Shown one piece after another: positions 1-9,862 of a stretch of 64,000 nucleotides of DNA; position 1 is the first letter of the stretch; every line of letters starts with the position of its first letter. The notes under the pieces were generated by a model. It ran no database searches, was not told the origin of the DNA, and worked only from the letters and a program-made list of their open reading frames with translations. The stretch lies in contig JBGQBE010000006.1 of the NCBI GenBank assembly GCA_041494685.1, forward strand, positions 16,064 through 80,063. The letters run 5' to 3'. Both the position numbers and the translations under genes were made by a program. This stretch comes from Dehalococcoidia bacterium (GTDB lineage Bacteria > Chloroflexota > Dehalococcoidia > DSTF01 > JACRBR01).

Positions 1-1006
1 TCCAGTCATCGTGGCGGACGGTGCGCGCGCCAAGTTCGGCGGTGATCTGGAGCAGCGCGTTGCGCGGGTCGCCTTCGATGCCGATGTCGATGCCGCGGTT
101 GCGGCCGAGTTCGGTGGGGTCGATGTCGATCGAGATCACCTTCGCGTTGGGGTTGACGCTGCGGCCGTAGCGCAAGCGGAAGTCGATCATCGTGCCGGAG
201 AAGAGGACGACGTCGGCCTCGCCGAAGGCGGTGCGCCGCGTGCGGCTCATGAACTGCGGGTGGTCCTGGTGCACCATGCCGCGGCCCATGTCGTTGAGGT
301 AGATCGGCGCGCCGACCTTCTCTGCCAGCTCTTGCAGCGCGCCGCCGGCGTCGGCCCAGTAGACGCCGGTACCGCCCATGACGGCGGGGCGCTCGGCGGT
401 CGCCAGGAGCTGCGCCGCCTGCTTGATCAGCGCGAAGTCGCCCTGCGTGCGGCCCTCGGTGCGGTAGCCGGTGGGCAGCGGCACGTCGCTCTCTTCGACG
501 CGGCCGAAGAGGATGTCGGACGGGATCTCCAGGAAGACGGGGCCGTAGCGGCCCGTGAGCGCGATGCGGAACGCTTGCGCGAGGTAGTCGGGGATGCGGC
601 GGGTGAAGGGGATGGTGGCGGCCCACTTGGTGATGGGCTTCATCATCTCGACGGTGCCGGGGATCTCCTGCAGGGCGCCCATCAGCGACGTGCCGAGCGG
701 CGCCGCGCCGCCGATGACGAGCATCGGGGAAGCATTCTGGTAGGCGGTCGCGACGGCGGTGACGACGTCGGTGACGCCGGGCCCGGCCGTGACGACGGCG
801 ACGCCGCACTTGCGGGTGAGACGGCCGTAGCCCTCGGCGGCGTGGCCGGCGGACTGCTCGTGGCGGGTGTCGATGACGCGGATGCCCTCGTCAAGGCAGC
901 CGTCGTAGATGTTCTGGACGTGGCCGCCGGAGAGGGTGAAGATCGTGTCGATCCCCTCGCGCTTGAGCATGCGCGCGATGAGGTCGCCGCCATCGATCTG
1001 GGCCAT
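1..1006 (-). CDS. thiamine-pyrophosphate-dependent enzyme, acetolactate-synthase-like (N-terminal ~335 aa; gene continues past window start)
   Basis: Frame absent from ORF track because it runs off the window edge; ATG at 1006..1004 preceded by GGAG; translation MAQIDGGDLIARMLKREGIDTIFTLSGGHVQNIYDGCLDEGIRVIDTRHEQSAGHAAEGYGRLT...VVTAGPGVTDVV...MLVIGG matches the TPP-enzyme N-terminal and central domains. Confidence 0.8.
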   Translation of the reverse strand, partial: MAQIDGGDLIARMLKREGIDTIFTLSGGHVQNIYDGCLDEGIRVIDTRHEQSAGHAAEGYGRLTRKCGVAVVTAGPGVTDVVTAVATAYQNASPMLVIGGAAPLGTSLMGALQEIPGTVEMMKPITKWAATIPFTRRIPDYLAQAFRIALTGRYGPVFLEIPSDILFGRVEESDVPLPTGYRTEGRTQGDFALIKQAAQLLATAERPAVMGGTGVYWADAGGALQELAEKVGAPIYLNDMGRGMVHQDHPQFMSRTRRTAFGEADVVLFSGTMIDFRLRYGRSVNPNAKVISIDIDPTELGRNRGIDIGIEGDPRNALLQITAELGARTVRHDDW

Positions 1007-1179
1007 GGGATCGCTCCTTGTGCTGGGCGCGCCGGGAGGGCGCGGCTGGTCCGGGATGGGCGCCGGTGGCGCATCGTGAGTGTACGAGGGGCGGGCGCTG
1101 GACGCGAGAGGGGCGGGGTGTACCGGGAAGCGGATTTGTGGTTTCGGGAAGTCTCCGGACCGTTTCCGCAGCACAAAGA

Positions 1180-1221
1180 GGCATGTCTACTTCCCGTTTC
1201 CGTTCGTGTGTCCTTATAATG
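1180..1221 (+). promoter_or_regulatory. candidate sigma70-type promoter upstream of mreB (perfect TATAAT hexamer)
   Basis: TATAAT at ~1215..1220 in a ~70% GC background, ~70 nt upstream of the mreB start; -35 is weak (TTCCCG). Confidence 0.3.
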
Positions 1222-1289
1222 CCCCACGCTGCGCCCTGCGCACCGGTGCGGCGGCGCCCATCTATCCCGGAACCGAAGGAACGGACGCG

Positions 1290-2351
1290 TTGATCAACCC
1301 CCTGACCGCGCTGCTCGGGCTCTTCTCCCACGATGTGGGGATCGACCTTGGCACAGCGAATACGCTCGTCTTGGTGAAGGGGCGCGGCATCGTCATCGAC
1401 GAGCCGTCAGTCGTGGCCATCGACCGGCAGACGAAGAAGATCCTGGCGATCGGCGCGGAAGCCAAGCGGATGGTGGGACGGACGCCGTCCAGCATCGTGG
1501 CGGTACGGCCATTGAAGGACGGCGTGATCTCGGACTTCGAGGTGACGGAACGGATGCTCCAATACTTCATCCGCTCGGTCCACGACCGGTTCGGGTTCGG
1601 TATCCCGCGGCCCCGGGTGGTCATCGGCATCCCCAGCGGCGTGACGGAAGTGGAGAAGCGCGCGGTGCACGACGCGGCGCTGAACGCCGGCGCCCGCTCC
1701 GCGTACCTGATCGAGGAGCCGATGGCGGCGGCGATCGGCGCCGGGCTGCCGATCATGGAGCCGAACGGCTGCATGATCGTGGACATCGGCGGCGGCACGA
1801 CGGAGGTCGCGGTGATCGCGCTGGGCGGCGTCGTGGTGAGCACGTCGATCCGCACGGCGGGCGACGAGATGGACCAGGAGATCATGGCCTACGCGCGCCA
1901 GGTGCATAACATGCTGATCGGCGAGCGCACGGCGGAAGAGATCAAGATGGAGGCGGGCTCAGCGTACCCGCTGGACGAAGAAGGCACCGTCGAGATCCGC
2001 GGCCGCGACCTGGCGACGGGGCTGCCGAAGTCGGTCGAGGTGAGCACGGTGGAGATCCGCGACGCGCTCTCGGGCAGCATCAACGCCGTGATCGACGCGG
2101 TGCGGTCCACGATCGAAGTGACGCCGCCGGAGCTGGTGGCGGACCTGATGTACCGCGGCATCGCGCTGGCGGGCGGCGGGGCGATGCTGCGCGGGCTGGA
2201 CCGGCGGCTGGCGCAGGAGACCCGCTTCCCCGTGTACGTGGCCGAGGACCCGCTGCTCTGCGTGGTGAAGGGCACGGGCGAGGTGCTGGAAGAAGCGAAG
2301 ATGCTGCAGAAGGTGCAGTCGGCGCTCGCGACGCGCAAGCCGCCGCGGTAA
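1290..2351 (+). CDS. mreB: rod-shape determining protein MreB (actin homologue)
   Basis: ...LLGLFSHDVGIDLGTANTLVLVKGRGIVIDEPSVVAI...PSGVTEVEKRAV...IVDIGGGTTEVAVI...; ORF track 1080..2351 carries an N-terminal shadow extension; probable TTG start at ~1290 after a GAAGGAA RBS (start uncertain). Confidence 0.9.
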   Translation: MINPLTALLGLFSHDVGIDLGTANTLVLVKGRGIVIDEPSVVAIDRQTKKILAIGAEAKRMVGRTPSSIVAVRPLKDGVISDFEVTERMLQYFIRSVHDRFGFGIPRPRVVIGIPSGVTEVEKRAVHDAALNAGARSAYLIEEPMAAAIGAGLPIMEPNGCMIVDIGGGTTEVAVIALGGVVVSTSIRTAGDEMDQEIMAYARQVHNMLIGERTAEEIKMEAGSAYPLDEEGTVEIRGRDLATGLPKSVEVSTVEIRDALSGSINAVIDAVRSTIEVTPPELVADLMYRGIALAGGGAMLRGLDRRLAQETRFPVYVAEDPLLCVVKGTGEVLEEAKMLQKVQSALATRKPPR

Positions 2352-2586
2352 CACCGGGGCCGCTGCACGCCAGAAGGCACCCGCTCTTTGGCCCGGCGAA
2401 CCTGACCCCTCCTCTTCCCGAAGCGGAGGTGCGATCCTGTGTGCGCCGCTGCAGGTGCTGGCCTTGGATCGCTCGTGATTCCGCCCAGTGCCCCGACGGG
2501 CGCCTTGCGAGGGCGAGCCGTTACGAGCGATGCTGGCGATCATGGATCACGTACGACGCACGTATCGCGCCGGCTGGCAGCAGTTG

Positions 2587-3186
2587 ATGCGCGCGCCCGC
2601 CGCGGCGATCGCCGCGGCGCTGCTGCTCTGCGGCTCGCTGATCGCGGCGGCGTGCGCGAGCACGGCGGAGTCGCCGGAGCACACGCCCGCGCCGGCGGCG
2701 ACGCCCACGAGCGCGACGCGCAGCACGGGCATCGCGGCGCTTGACGCGATCATCGCGGCGGCCGTGCGCGGCGACACGGCGGCGCTGCAGGCGGCGATCC
2801 AGTACACACCGACGGCATGCGTCACCACGCAGGAGGGCATCGGCGCGCCGCCGCTCTGCCGCGCCGGCGAGGCGGATGGTACGAAGGTGGACGTGATCCC
2901 GCTGGCGCAATGCGAGGGATTCTTCGCGCGCGCCGACGAGTGGCGGCTGGACGCGGGCGCGGCGTCGCTGTACGGCGTGTACCGCGCGAGCGCGGCGGAA
3001 CAGTTCCCGCCGGGGAAGTACTGGGCCATCTTCGGGCGGAGCGACGCAAACAACCCATCGCCGGCGTTCGCGATCGTCATGAACGACGACCACATCGTGG
3101 GGATCCACTTCGGCTGCGCGATGAAGCCGGCGCAGATGGTGGAGTTCGAGCGGCTGACCGACGTGGTGGTGGCGCCTCCGCCGTAG
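2587..3186 (+). CDS. hypothetical secreted/lipoprotein (signal peptide MRAPAAAIAAALLLCGSLIAAACAS)
   Basis: Strong GC3 codon bias in this frame, signal peptide, no recognisable domain; alternative starts at 2488/2530/2545 are in frame. Confidence 0.45.
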   Translation: MRAPAAAIAAALLLCGSLIAAACASTAESPEHTPAPAATPTSATRSTGIAALDAIIAAAVRGDTAALQAAIQYTPTACVTTQEGIGAPPLCRAGEADGTKVDVIPLAQCEGFFARADEWRLDAGAASLYGVYRASAAEQFPPGKYWAIFGRSDANNPSPAFAIVMNDDHIVGIHFGCAMKPAQMVEFERLTDVVVAPPP

Positions 3187-3212
3187 CCGCGCAGACCAGC
3201 CGCACCGGGCCG

Positions 3213-3878
3213 CTACCCCGCGGCCGCGCCGCCGCTCGCCCGCTTCTCGCCGCCCCTGCCAATGCGCGGCTCCGTCCCCGCCAGCAGCCGCCCGATGTTC
3301 GCGCGGTGCCGGAAGACGATGATGGCTGCAGCGCCGGTCGCGTACACCGCGTAGGCCGGCGGGCTGATCGCCATGACGGCCAGGATAATGAAGAAGAGCG
3401 CCATCAGGATCGTCATCAGGATCGTCATCATTGACATGATCCGCGTGGTCGCGACGATCACGGCCGCCACGGGCAGCATCGCCACCGCGGCCAGCGGGTT
3501 CATCGCCAGCGCGGCGCCGTAGCCGCTGGCCACGGCCTTGCCGCCGCGGAAGCCGGCGTACACCGGCCAGACGTGGCCGCACACCGCGGCGAAGGCGCCG
3601 GCCGCAGCGCACCAGGCGCGCTCGTCGTGGTCCAGGCCGGCCGCGTGTCCCAGCAGGAGGCCCAGGTAGAACGGCGCGATCCCTTTCGCGATGTCCAGCA
3701 CGATCACCAGCACGCCCGCCTTCGCACCCGCCGTGCGGATGACGTTCGTCGCGCCCGTCGCGCCGCTGCCGTAGTCGCGGATGTCCACGCCGCGCGTGAT
3801 CCGCCCCACGATCAACCCGAACTGGATCGACCCGATCAGGTACCCGATGACCGCGCTGACGGGAATCGCCCACCACAT
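3213..3878 (-). CDS. plsY: glycerol-3-phosphate acyltransferase PlsY
   Basis: MWWAIPVSAVIGYLIGSIQFGLIVGRI...DIRDYGSGATGATNVIRTAGAKAGVLVIVLDIAKG; GSG(A/N)xGATN motif; ATG at 3878 after GGAGG; ORF track N-terminal extension (to 4265) is R-rich shadow. Confidence 0.85.
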   Translation of the reverse strand: MWWAIPVSAVIGYLIGSIQFGLIVGRITRGVDIRDYGSGATGATNVIRTAGAKAGVLVIVLDIAKGIAPFYLGLLLGHAAGLDHDERAWCAAAGAFAAVCGHVWPVYAGFRGGKAVASGYGAALAMNPLAAVAMLPVAAVIVATTRIMSMMTILMTILMALFFIILAVMAISPPAYAVYATGAAAIIVFRHRANIGRLLAGTEPRIGRGGEKRASGGAAAG

Positions 3879-4018
3879 CGTCCTGCCTCCTCGCTGGCTC
3901 CAGCTTACCGCGCACAGCGTACCCGCCGAGCGACAGAAGCGGGAACCGCGCGGCGCACGGACAAAGGCCGCGGGTGCGTACTGCGCCCGCGGCCTCGTGA
4001 ACTCCCGCGCCGTCCCGG

Positions 4019-6328
4019 CTACGGCGCCCGCCGGCTCCCCGGCAGGTATCCTCCGCTGCCCGTGTCCGGTCCCGCGATCGATCCGCCCGGCGACGGCGCA
4101 CCCGGTCCCGTGTCCGGTCCTCCGTTCCAGTCGGGCGCGCACCCGGCCGCGGGGCAGTCGAAGCGCATGTTCAGCGTGCCCGTCGCGCCGCTGTAGCCGC
4201 CCGCCTGCACGTAGTAGACCGTGTTCGCGGCCAACTCCGCCGTCAGGCTCCCGGCGTCGCTGCACGCCAGCGGCGTCAGCGCGCCGGGGGGTGACATGCC
4301 GTCCATCCGGTACAACGCCATCACTGCTCGGAAGTCACTACCGGCCGCGTCGACCGTCAGCGTCCCGCCACGCTCTCCCGTCGTTGAGCGGTACCACACC
4401 GTTGCGCCGATGTCGCCGCACGGTTGCGCCTCGCCCACCTCCAGCGTCGCCCCGCGCGTGTCAGCGCTGGTCGCATAGGCCGATGGCGAGATCCATTCCG
4501 CGCTGCGGCTGTTGTCGTTATGCGGCGGGCACAATGGGTCGCACTTCCCCTGCACCATCAGCTGGCCGCCAACGCCGTGGACGCCGCCGATCTGGACCCA
4601 CACCTGCGTGTTCGCCTTCACCGCCACCGCCACACGCGCCCGCCCGCCGCTGCCCGGCGCGTCGCACGCCAGCCGCTGCGCCGCCGCGCCCGGTGGTGAC
4701 GATGGCGGCGCGTCGTACACGGCGATCGCCGTGTCGAAATCGCTCTGCGCCGTGTCGAGGACGACGCGCGCGTCGACTTCCGCGTACAGCGTGAACCACA
4801 CGGTGCGGCCCATGGCACCGCAGTCCAGCGCCTCACCCGTCTCCGTCGTCGCGCCGCGCGTGTCGGCCCCGGTGTCGAACGGCTGGTTGCCCGACACGTA
4901 CAATCCGTTTGGCTGCGCCGAACTGTCGCCCCACGGCGGACAGAACTCCGGCAGGCAGTTCCCTGACAGTTGGAGCATGCCCGCGGCCCCGTCGTGCCCG
5001 CCCACTTGCACGAAGTAGTGCTTCAGCGCCTGTGTCGCGAAGGTGACGCGCGCCTGCGCTCCGCCCGCGTCGTCTACGCACTTCAGTGTGCGCAGATCGC
5101 TGAACGCCCGCGACCCGTCCTCCGGCGCCTCGTACACCGCGATGACCGTGTCGAAGCTGCTGGCCGCCGTGTCGAGCATCACGCTGGTGTCACCCGGCAT
5201 CGACAGGTCGTACCAGGTCGTCCGCCCGATGCCGCCGCACGGCTGCGGCTCTCCCGCCTGCGTCGTCGCGCCGACGGTCGAGATCTGATCTTCCCACGGT
5301 CCCGACCCGAACGTGCTTGCACCGTCCAGGTTGTCGTTGTACGGCGGACATCCCGGCTTGCACGCCATGTTCAGCACCAGCCGCCTGTGCGCACCGCCCG
5401 CGCCGCCCGCCTGGATCCAGAACGTCTGGTTGCCCTCGAGGTGCACCGACAGGCTCGATGCCTTGCCGCCGCCGCTGTTGTCGTCGCACGCCAGCGGCGT
5501 CAGCCCGCCCGGAGGTGAGATCGAGACGTCGTTGTAGGCGAAGACCGCCAGCGTCGTGTCGAAGTCGCTGCCGCTCGTGTCCAGCGCCAGGGTCATGCTG
5601 CTCGCGGCGTAGAACGAGTACCACACGGTAGCGCCCGCATTTCCGCATGCTCGCGACTCGCCCGGCTCCAGTGTCGCTGCCGTCGTGTCGGCGCGGTACT
5701 CCACGGCCGGCCGGTACGCGTCCAGGTACGTGTAGGTGCTCATCGCCAGGTCGTCGTTGCCCGGCTTGCACGCCGGGTCGCACGCCGCGTGCAGCTCCAG
5801 CTGCCCGGTCGCGCCCGCCTTGCCCCCGATCTGGATGAAGTACTGCTCGCTCGGCGTCACCGCCAGCGTCAGCGCCGATGTCTGGCCGCCGCCGCTATTG
5901 TCGTCGCAGCCCGCGCTCACCAGGTTCTGTCCGGGCGGCGACGGCACGAAGCCTGTCGCCGTGTAGACCGTCAGCACGGTGTCGAAGTCGCTGCCCGCCG
6001 TCGTGATCGTGATCGTGCCCGGCTGCTCCGGCCGGTACGCGTACCACACCGTCGCGCCCGTCGCCGCGCACGGCGCACTTTCGCCGTCCTCCAGTGTCGC
6101 GCCGGCCGTCGACTGGCTGGCGTCGTACGGCAGCGCGTCGCCGAACTCGGTCTGGCGGATGTCCGTGCCGCGGTTGAAGTTGTCGTTGCCCGGCGGGTCC
6201 GCGGCGTGCGCCGCTGGCGCCCGCCACGGCGCCGTATCGCGGAACGCGGCGAAGAGCGCCGCCACCAGGATGGCGAGCGCGATCGAGAGGATTGCCGCAG
6301 CCGTACGGGATGTGTGTGTGTTGTGCAT
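4019..6328 (-). CDS. large secreted protein with six tandem PPC-like (pre-peptidase C-terminal) beta-sandwich repeats
   Basis: Signal/anchor MHNTHTSRTAAAILSIALAILVAALFAAF (ATG 6328 after GAGGTGG). Six ~115-aa repeats, each with PxNDNF..A..I, DTxGATxExGE(P)xPCG, TVWY, GSDFDT(V/A)LAVY, LACDDNSGGG, YFIQ(V/A)GG..GATGxL motifs, bounded by CxPxC spacers. Confidence 0.8.
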   Translation of the reverse strand: MHNTHTSRTAAAILSIALAILVAALFAAFRDTAPWRAPAAHAADPPGNDNFNRGTDIRQTEFGDALPYDASQSTAGATLEDGESAPCAATGATVWYAYRPEQPGTITITTAGSDFDTVLTVYTATGFVPSPPGQNLVSAGCDDNSGGGQTSALTLAVTPSEQYFIQIGGKAGATGQLELHAACDPACKPGNDDLAMSTYTYLDAYRPAVEYRADTTAATLEPGESRACGNAGATVWYSFYAASSMTLALDTSGSDFDTTLAVFAYNDVSISPPGGLTPLACDDNSGGGKASSLSVHLEGNQTFWIQAGGAGGAHRRLVLNMACKPGCPPYNDNLDGASTFGSGPWEDQISTVGATTQAGEPQPCGGIGRTTWYDLSMPGDTSVMLDTAASSFDTVIAVYEAPEDGSRAFSDLRTLKCVDDAGGAQARVTFATQALKHYFVQVGGHDGAAGMLQLSGNCLPEFCPPWGDSSAQPNGLYVSGNQPFDTGADTRGATTETGEALDCGAMGRTVWFTLYAEVDARVVLDTAQSDFDTAIAVYDAPPSSPPGAAAQRLACDAPGSGGRARVAVAVKANTQVWVQIGGVHGVGGQLMVQGKCDPLCPPHNDNSRSAEWISPSAYATSADTRGATLEVGEAQPCGDIGATVWYRSTTGERGGTLTVDAAGSDFRAVMALYRMDGMSPPGALTPLACSDAGSLTAELAANTVYYVQAGGYSGATGTLNMRFDCPAAGCAPDWNGGPDTGPGAPSPGGSIAGPDTGSGGYLPGSRRAP

Positions 6329-6374
6329 GTACCACCTCTTGCGCCCGGTGGTACTCATACAACGCTCCAGCCTG

Positions 6375-6402
6375 TAAAAAGGTGAACGGCTCAACAGCCG
6401 TT
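6375..6402 (-). terminator. rho-independent terminator of the lipoprotein gene 6391..7848
   Basis: On the minus strand, hairpin AACGGCTgttgAGCCGTT (7-bp stem) overlaps the stop codon and is followed by CACCTTTTTA. Confidence 0.55.
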
Positions 6403-7848
6403 GTGTTCCGCTGCCGGGCACACCGCGTAGAACGCCGCCGCGCCCCGCTGCCAGCCGTCCCGCGTTCGCGCGTCCAGCGCCGCCGCGCCGTCTTTCCGCC
6501 AGCGATAGACCGGCGCCGTGCGCACCGCGCCGCCCGCGGCCGCCGCGTACGCGTAGAACGCCGCCGGGCCGCCGCCCGCCGCGTCGAGCGTGTAGTCCCC
6601 GTCGCGCTCGTACACCGCCGCCAGCCCGGGCGCCGGCCCGGCCGACGCGTAGAACGCCACGCCGCCGTCACCGTAGCCGTCGCCGGGCGACGCCGCCGCG
6701 TAGCGCGGCGCTCCGCTGTCCGGCAGCCACTCGTGGATCGCCACGCCCAGGTGCAGTTCCACGAGCGTCACGTCGTACGGCTGCTGGCTCGAAAACGTCA
6801 GATACACCGTCGCCAGATCCTGCGTCAGCTCGTGGTGCAGCTCCGCGCTGTAGCAGTATGGGTACACGTCCTGTACCAGGGGCCGGCAGTCGAACCACGC
6901 CGTCGGTGCGGACCACGGCCCCCACGGCTGCGGCGCCGTGCGCACCTCCACGCTCGCCATCGACGCGCTCACCACCGCCAGCCACTGCCCGCTCGCCGCG
7001 TCGAAGCTGACGTTCGCCCCGTTGTCCGCCGGGAACGCCGTCGCCGGCGACGTCCAGAGCGGCTGCGCATCCTGCGCACGCGGCGACCACGCCGTGCCGG
7101 TCCAGTAGGTGTAGGCCGCCGCCTCGCCCATCCGCGCGATCGGCGCGCGCGCGGCGTAGTTGTTGCCCCCGTCAGTGTGCAGGAACACGACCACGTCGTC
7201 GCCCACTCGCACCGGCGACCGCGCGCCCGACACCCGCGACCCGAAGCCGCTGCGCTCGTCCCAGATCGTCTCTACCTCGCGCGTGCCGTTCGTCGTGCCC
7301 GCCGCCATCCGCCCCATGCCGACGCCGCTCACGTACCACGCGAACGGCGACGTCCGCGTCACCTTCACCATGTAGAACGCGATGCTGCCATCGTCCAGCG
7401 CCAGCACGCCATCTGGCCACGCCGTCGTCTCGCTCAGCCGCGGGAACATCGGCTCGGCGAGGCCGCCCGCCTTCTTGAAGTCGAGCTTCACGCAGTCGTG
7501 CGCATCAACGTCCGCCGACGTCGCGATCGCCGCCGGGATCACCTCCTGCCGGCCGCCGGGGCCGTCGCGCAGGGTATCGCCGAAGAACCAGTAGTCGCGC
7601 CCGCCCACGGCCACGCTGGGCGCGCCGTCCGCGCCGCGCACTTGCGCCACTACCGAGTCCGGGTTGTCGGCTACGAGACGGCAGACCGTGCGCATCGCCA
7701 CGACGACGGGTGCGGTGCTCTCGGTCGCGGCGTCAGGGCGTGTGGTTGGACCCGCGGCGTGCCCACCGGGCGAGTTGGAACACGCCGCGAGCCACGCGGC
7801 GACGACGCACAGCGCGAACGCCATCCGGGGAGCGGGATGTCGTGTCAT
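6391..7848 (-). CDS. secreted lipoprotein, beta-propeller/glycosyl-hydrolase-like (possibly DUF4185-like; family uncertain)
   Basis: Lipoprotein signal MTRHPAPRMAFALCVVAAWLAACSNS (ATG 7848 after GGAAGGGGGA); YWFFGDT motif; W/Y-rich mature region; coding-like codon bias. Confidence 0.6.
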   Translation of the reverse strand: MTRHPAPRMAFALCVVAAWLAACSNSPGGHAAGPTTRPDAATESTAPVVVAMRTVCRLVADNPDSVVAQVRGADGAPSVAVGGRDYWFFGDTLRDGPGGRQEVIPAAIATSADVDAHDCVKLDFKKAGGLAEPMFPRLSETTAWPDGVLALDDGSIAFYMVKVTRTSPFAWYVSGVGMGRMAAGTTNGTREVETIWDERSGFGSRVSGARSPVRVGDDVVVFLHTDGGNNYAARAPIARMGEAAAYTYWTGTAWSPRAQDAQPLWTSPATAFPADNGANVSFDAASGQWLAVVSASMASVEVRTAPQPWGPWSAPTAWFDCRPLVQDVYPYCYSAELHHELTQDLATVYLTFSSQQPYDVTLVELHLGVAIHEWLPDSGAPRYAAASPGDGYGDGGVAFYASAGPAPGLAAVYERDGDYTLDAAGGGPAAFYAYAAAAGGAVRTAPVYRWRKDGAAALDARTRDGWQRGAAAFYAVCPAAEHNGC

Positions 7849-7922
7849 GATCCCCCTTCCGGGCAGAGCCTCGTCGTACGATAAACGCCCCACATGCGAA
7901 AAAGGTAAACCACGCGCTGATC

Positions 7923-9725
7923 TTGCGCCGGCCCGCCGCGCCACTGCCCTGTTCGACAGCCGCCGCCGCTGCTGTTAGACTCGGCCCCATGACCACTCCC
8001 GCCGCGCAGGACAGGACGTCCGCGCCCGCCGCGGACGCGCCGCGACGCCGCCGCTGGCGCGCTCGACCCCGCGCCGACGCCGTCCCCCAGGGCGACTGGC
8101 CGGATCTCGCGGCCCGTATCCTCAGCCTCCGTGGCATCACCGACGCCGGCGCTGCCGCCGCGTTCCTGGCGCCGGCCGGCCCCGCGCCCGACCCCTATGC
8201 CCTGCCCGCCCTCCACGCCGCCGTCGAGCGCCTGCTCCACGCGGTCGAGACGCGGGAGACCGTCGCCGTCTATGGCGACTTCGACGTGGACGGCATCACG
8301 TCCGCCGCCCAGCTCGCGCAGGCGCTCTCGGCGCTCGGCGCCGCGCCCGTGCCCTACATCCCGGACCGCTTCAGCGAGGGCTACGGCCTCAACATCCCCG
8401 CCATCGAGCGGCTCCACCACGATGGCGCGACGCTGCTGGTCACGGCCGACTGCGGCACGAGCTCCGTCGACGAGATCGCCCGCGCCCGCGAGATCGGCAT
8501 GGACGTGGTCGTGCTCGACCATCACACCGTGCCGCCCGTCCTGCCCGATGCGAACATCCTGGTGAACCCCAAGCTGCCCGGCGCCACGCCCGGCGGCTTG
8601 CTCGAACTCGCCACCGCCGGCCTCGCGTTCCACGTCGCCGCCGCACTGCACGAGGCCGCCGGCCGCCCGTTCGACGCCGACGCTTACCTCGACATCGCCG
8701 CGCTCGGCACCGTCTGCGACATGGCGCCGCTGGCCGACGAGAACCGCCGCCTGCTGCGCGCCGGCCTGCCCGCGCTCGCCCGCACGAAACGCCCCGGCCT
8801 GCGCGCGCTGATGGACGTCGCCCGCATCAACGCGCCGTCCGTCTCCGCGGAGGACATCGGCTACAAGCTGGGGCCGCGGCTCAACGCCGCCGGCCGCATC
8901 GCCCACGCGAAACTCGCGCTGGAGCTGCTGATGACGCAGGACGAAGAGCGCGGCCGCGAACTGGCGATGCAGCTCGACGCGCTGAACCGCGAGCGGCAGG
9001 ACCGCACGCAGCAGGCCGTCAACCTGGCCGTCCGGTTGGTCGAGGAGCGCGCCGGCGCGGAGTTGCCGCCGCTGATCATGGTCGGCCACGCCGACTTCTC
9101 GTCAGGCGTGGTCGGTCTCATCGCGTCTAAGCTCGTCGACCTGTACGGCCGCCCCGCGGTCGTCTACGAGATCGGGCCGGAGACGAGCCGCGCCAGCTGC
9201 CGCAGCATCGACGAGTTCCACATCACCGACGCGCTGCGCGTCCGTCCGGAGCTGTTCGAGCGTTTCGGCGGCCACCGCGCCGCCGCCGGCTTCACCGCCC
9301 GCAACGACCGCATCGAAGACGTGCGCGCGCTTCTCGTCCAAGAGGCCGGGCGCGCGCTCGCCGGCCGCGACCTGGCGCCGGTGCTGGAGATCGACTGCAA
9401 CCTGCCGCTGCGCTCGCTGCGCGGCGAAGAGATCCGCTGGCTCGCGCGCATCGGCCCGTTCGGCGTCGGCAACCCGGAGCCGACCTTCCTCGCCCGCAAC
9501 GTCACCGTCGTCGACGCGCGCCTCGTCGGCAACGGCGAGAAGCACCTGAAGCTGCGCCTGCGCGATGGCGGCCTCACCTGGTCCGCCATCGCCTTCGGCC
9601 TCGGAGCGTTCGCCTGCCAGCCCGGCGACCGCGTCGACGTCGTCTACTGCCTCAACAACGACGCGCGCCCCGACGCCCCCCTGGAGATCCGCGTCGAGGA
9701 CATCCGCCCCGCGGAGCCGGCGTAG
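7923..9725 (+). CDS. recJ: single-stranded-DNA-specific exonuclease RecJ (DHH/DHHA1)
   Basis: ...ILSLRGITDAGAAAAFL...VAVYGDFDVDGITSAA...LLVTADCGTSSVDEIARAREIGMDVVVLDHH...; TTG start at 7923 per ORF track; alternative ATG at 7989. Confidence 0.9.
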   Translation: MRRPAAPLPCSTAAAAAVRLGPMTTPAAQDRTSAPAADAPRRRRWRARPRADAVPQGDWPDLAARILSLRGITDAGAAAAFLAPAGPAPDPYALPALHAAVERLLHAVETRETVAVYGDFDVDGITSAAQLAQALSALGAAPVPYIPDRFSEGYGLNIPAIERLHHDGATLLVTADCGTSSVDEIARAREIGMDVVVLDHHTVPPVLPDANILVNPKLPGATPGGLLELATAGLAFHVAAALHEAAGRPFDADAYLDIAALGTVCDMAPLADENRRLLRAGLPALARTKRPGLRALMDVARINAPSVSAEDIGYKLGPRLNAAGRIAHAKLALELLMTQDEERGRELAMQLDALNRERQDRTQQAVNLAVRLVEERAGAELPPLIMVGHADFSSGVVGLIASKLVDLYGRPAVVYEIGPETSRASCRSIDEFHITDALRVRPELFERFGGHRAAAGFTARNDRIEDVRALLVQEAGRALAGRDLAPVLEIDCNLPLRSLRGEEIRWLARIGPFGVGNPEPTFLARNVTVVDARLVGNGEKHLKLRLRDGGLTWSAIAFGLGAFACQPGDRVDVVYCLNNDARPDAPLEIRVEDIRPAEPA

Positions 9726-9862
9726 CTGCTCGGCATGGGCACACCGCGCGGCCGAAGGTGACGCACTGGAGCTGACACGCGTATGGGCACGTCAACGGAG
9801 CGGGGAGCGAACAAGGGCGCTCTTAGGCATATGTGCCATGCCGGCCCGGAAAGCGAGTCCTG

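Noticed and set aside
2521-4101. 526-aa minus-strand ORF
   Set aside because: Extremely Arg/Asp/Gly-rich low-complexity translation antisense to real genes (hypothetical lipoprotein, plsY); typical high-GC shadow ORF.
6292-7884. 530-aa plus-strand ORF
   Set aside because: R-rich antisense of the lipoprotein gene 6391..7848; no codon-bias support.
7845-9089. 414-aa minus-strand ORF
   Set aside because: Antisense shadow of recJ; low-complexity G/R/A-rich.
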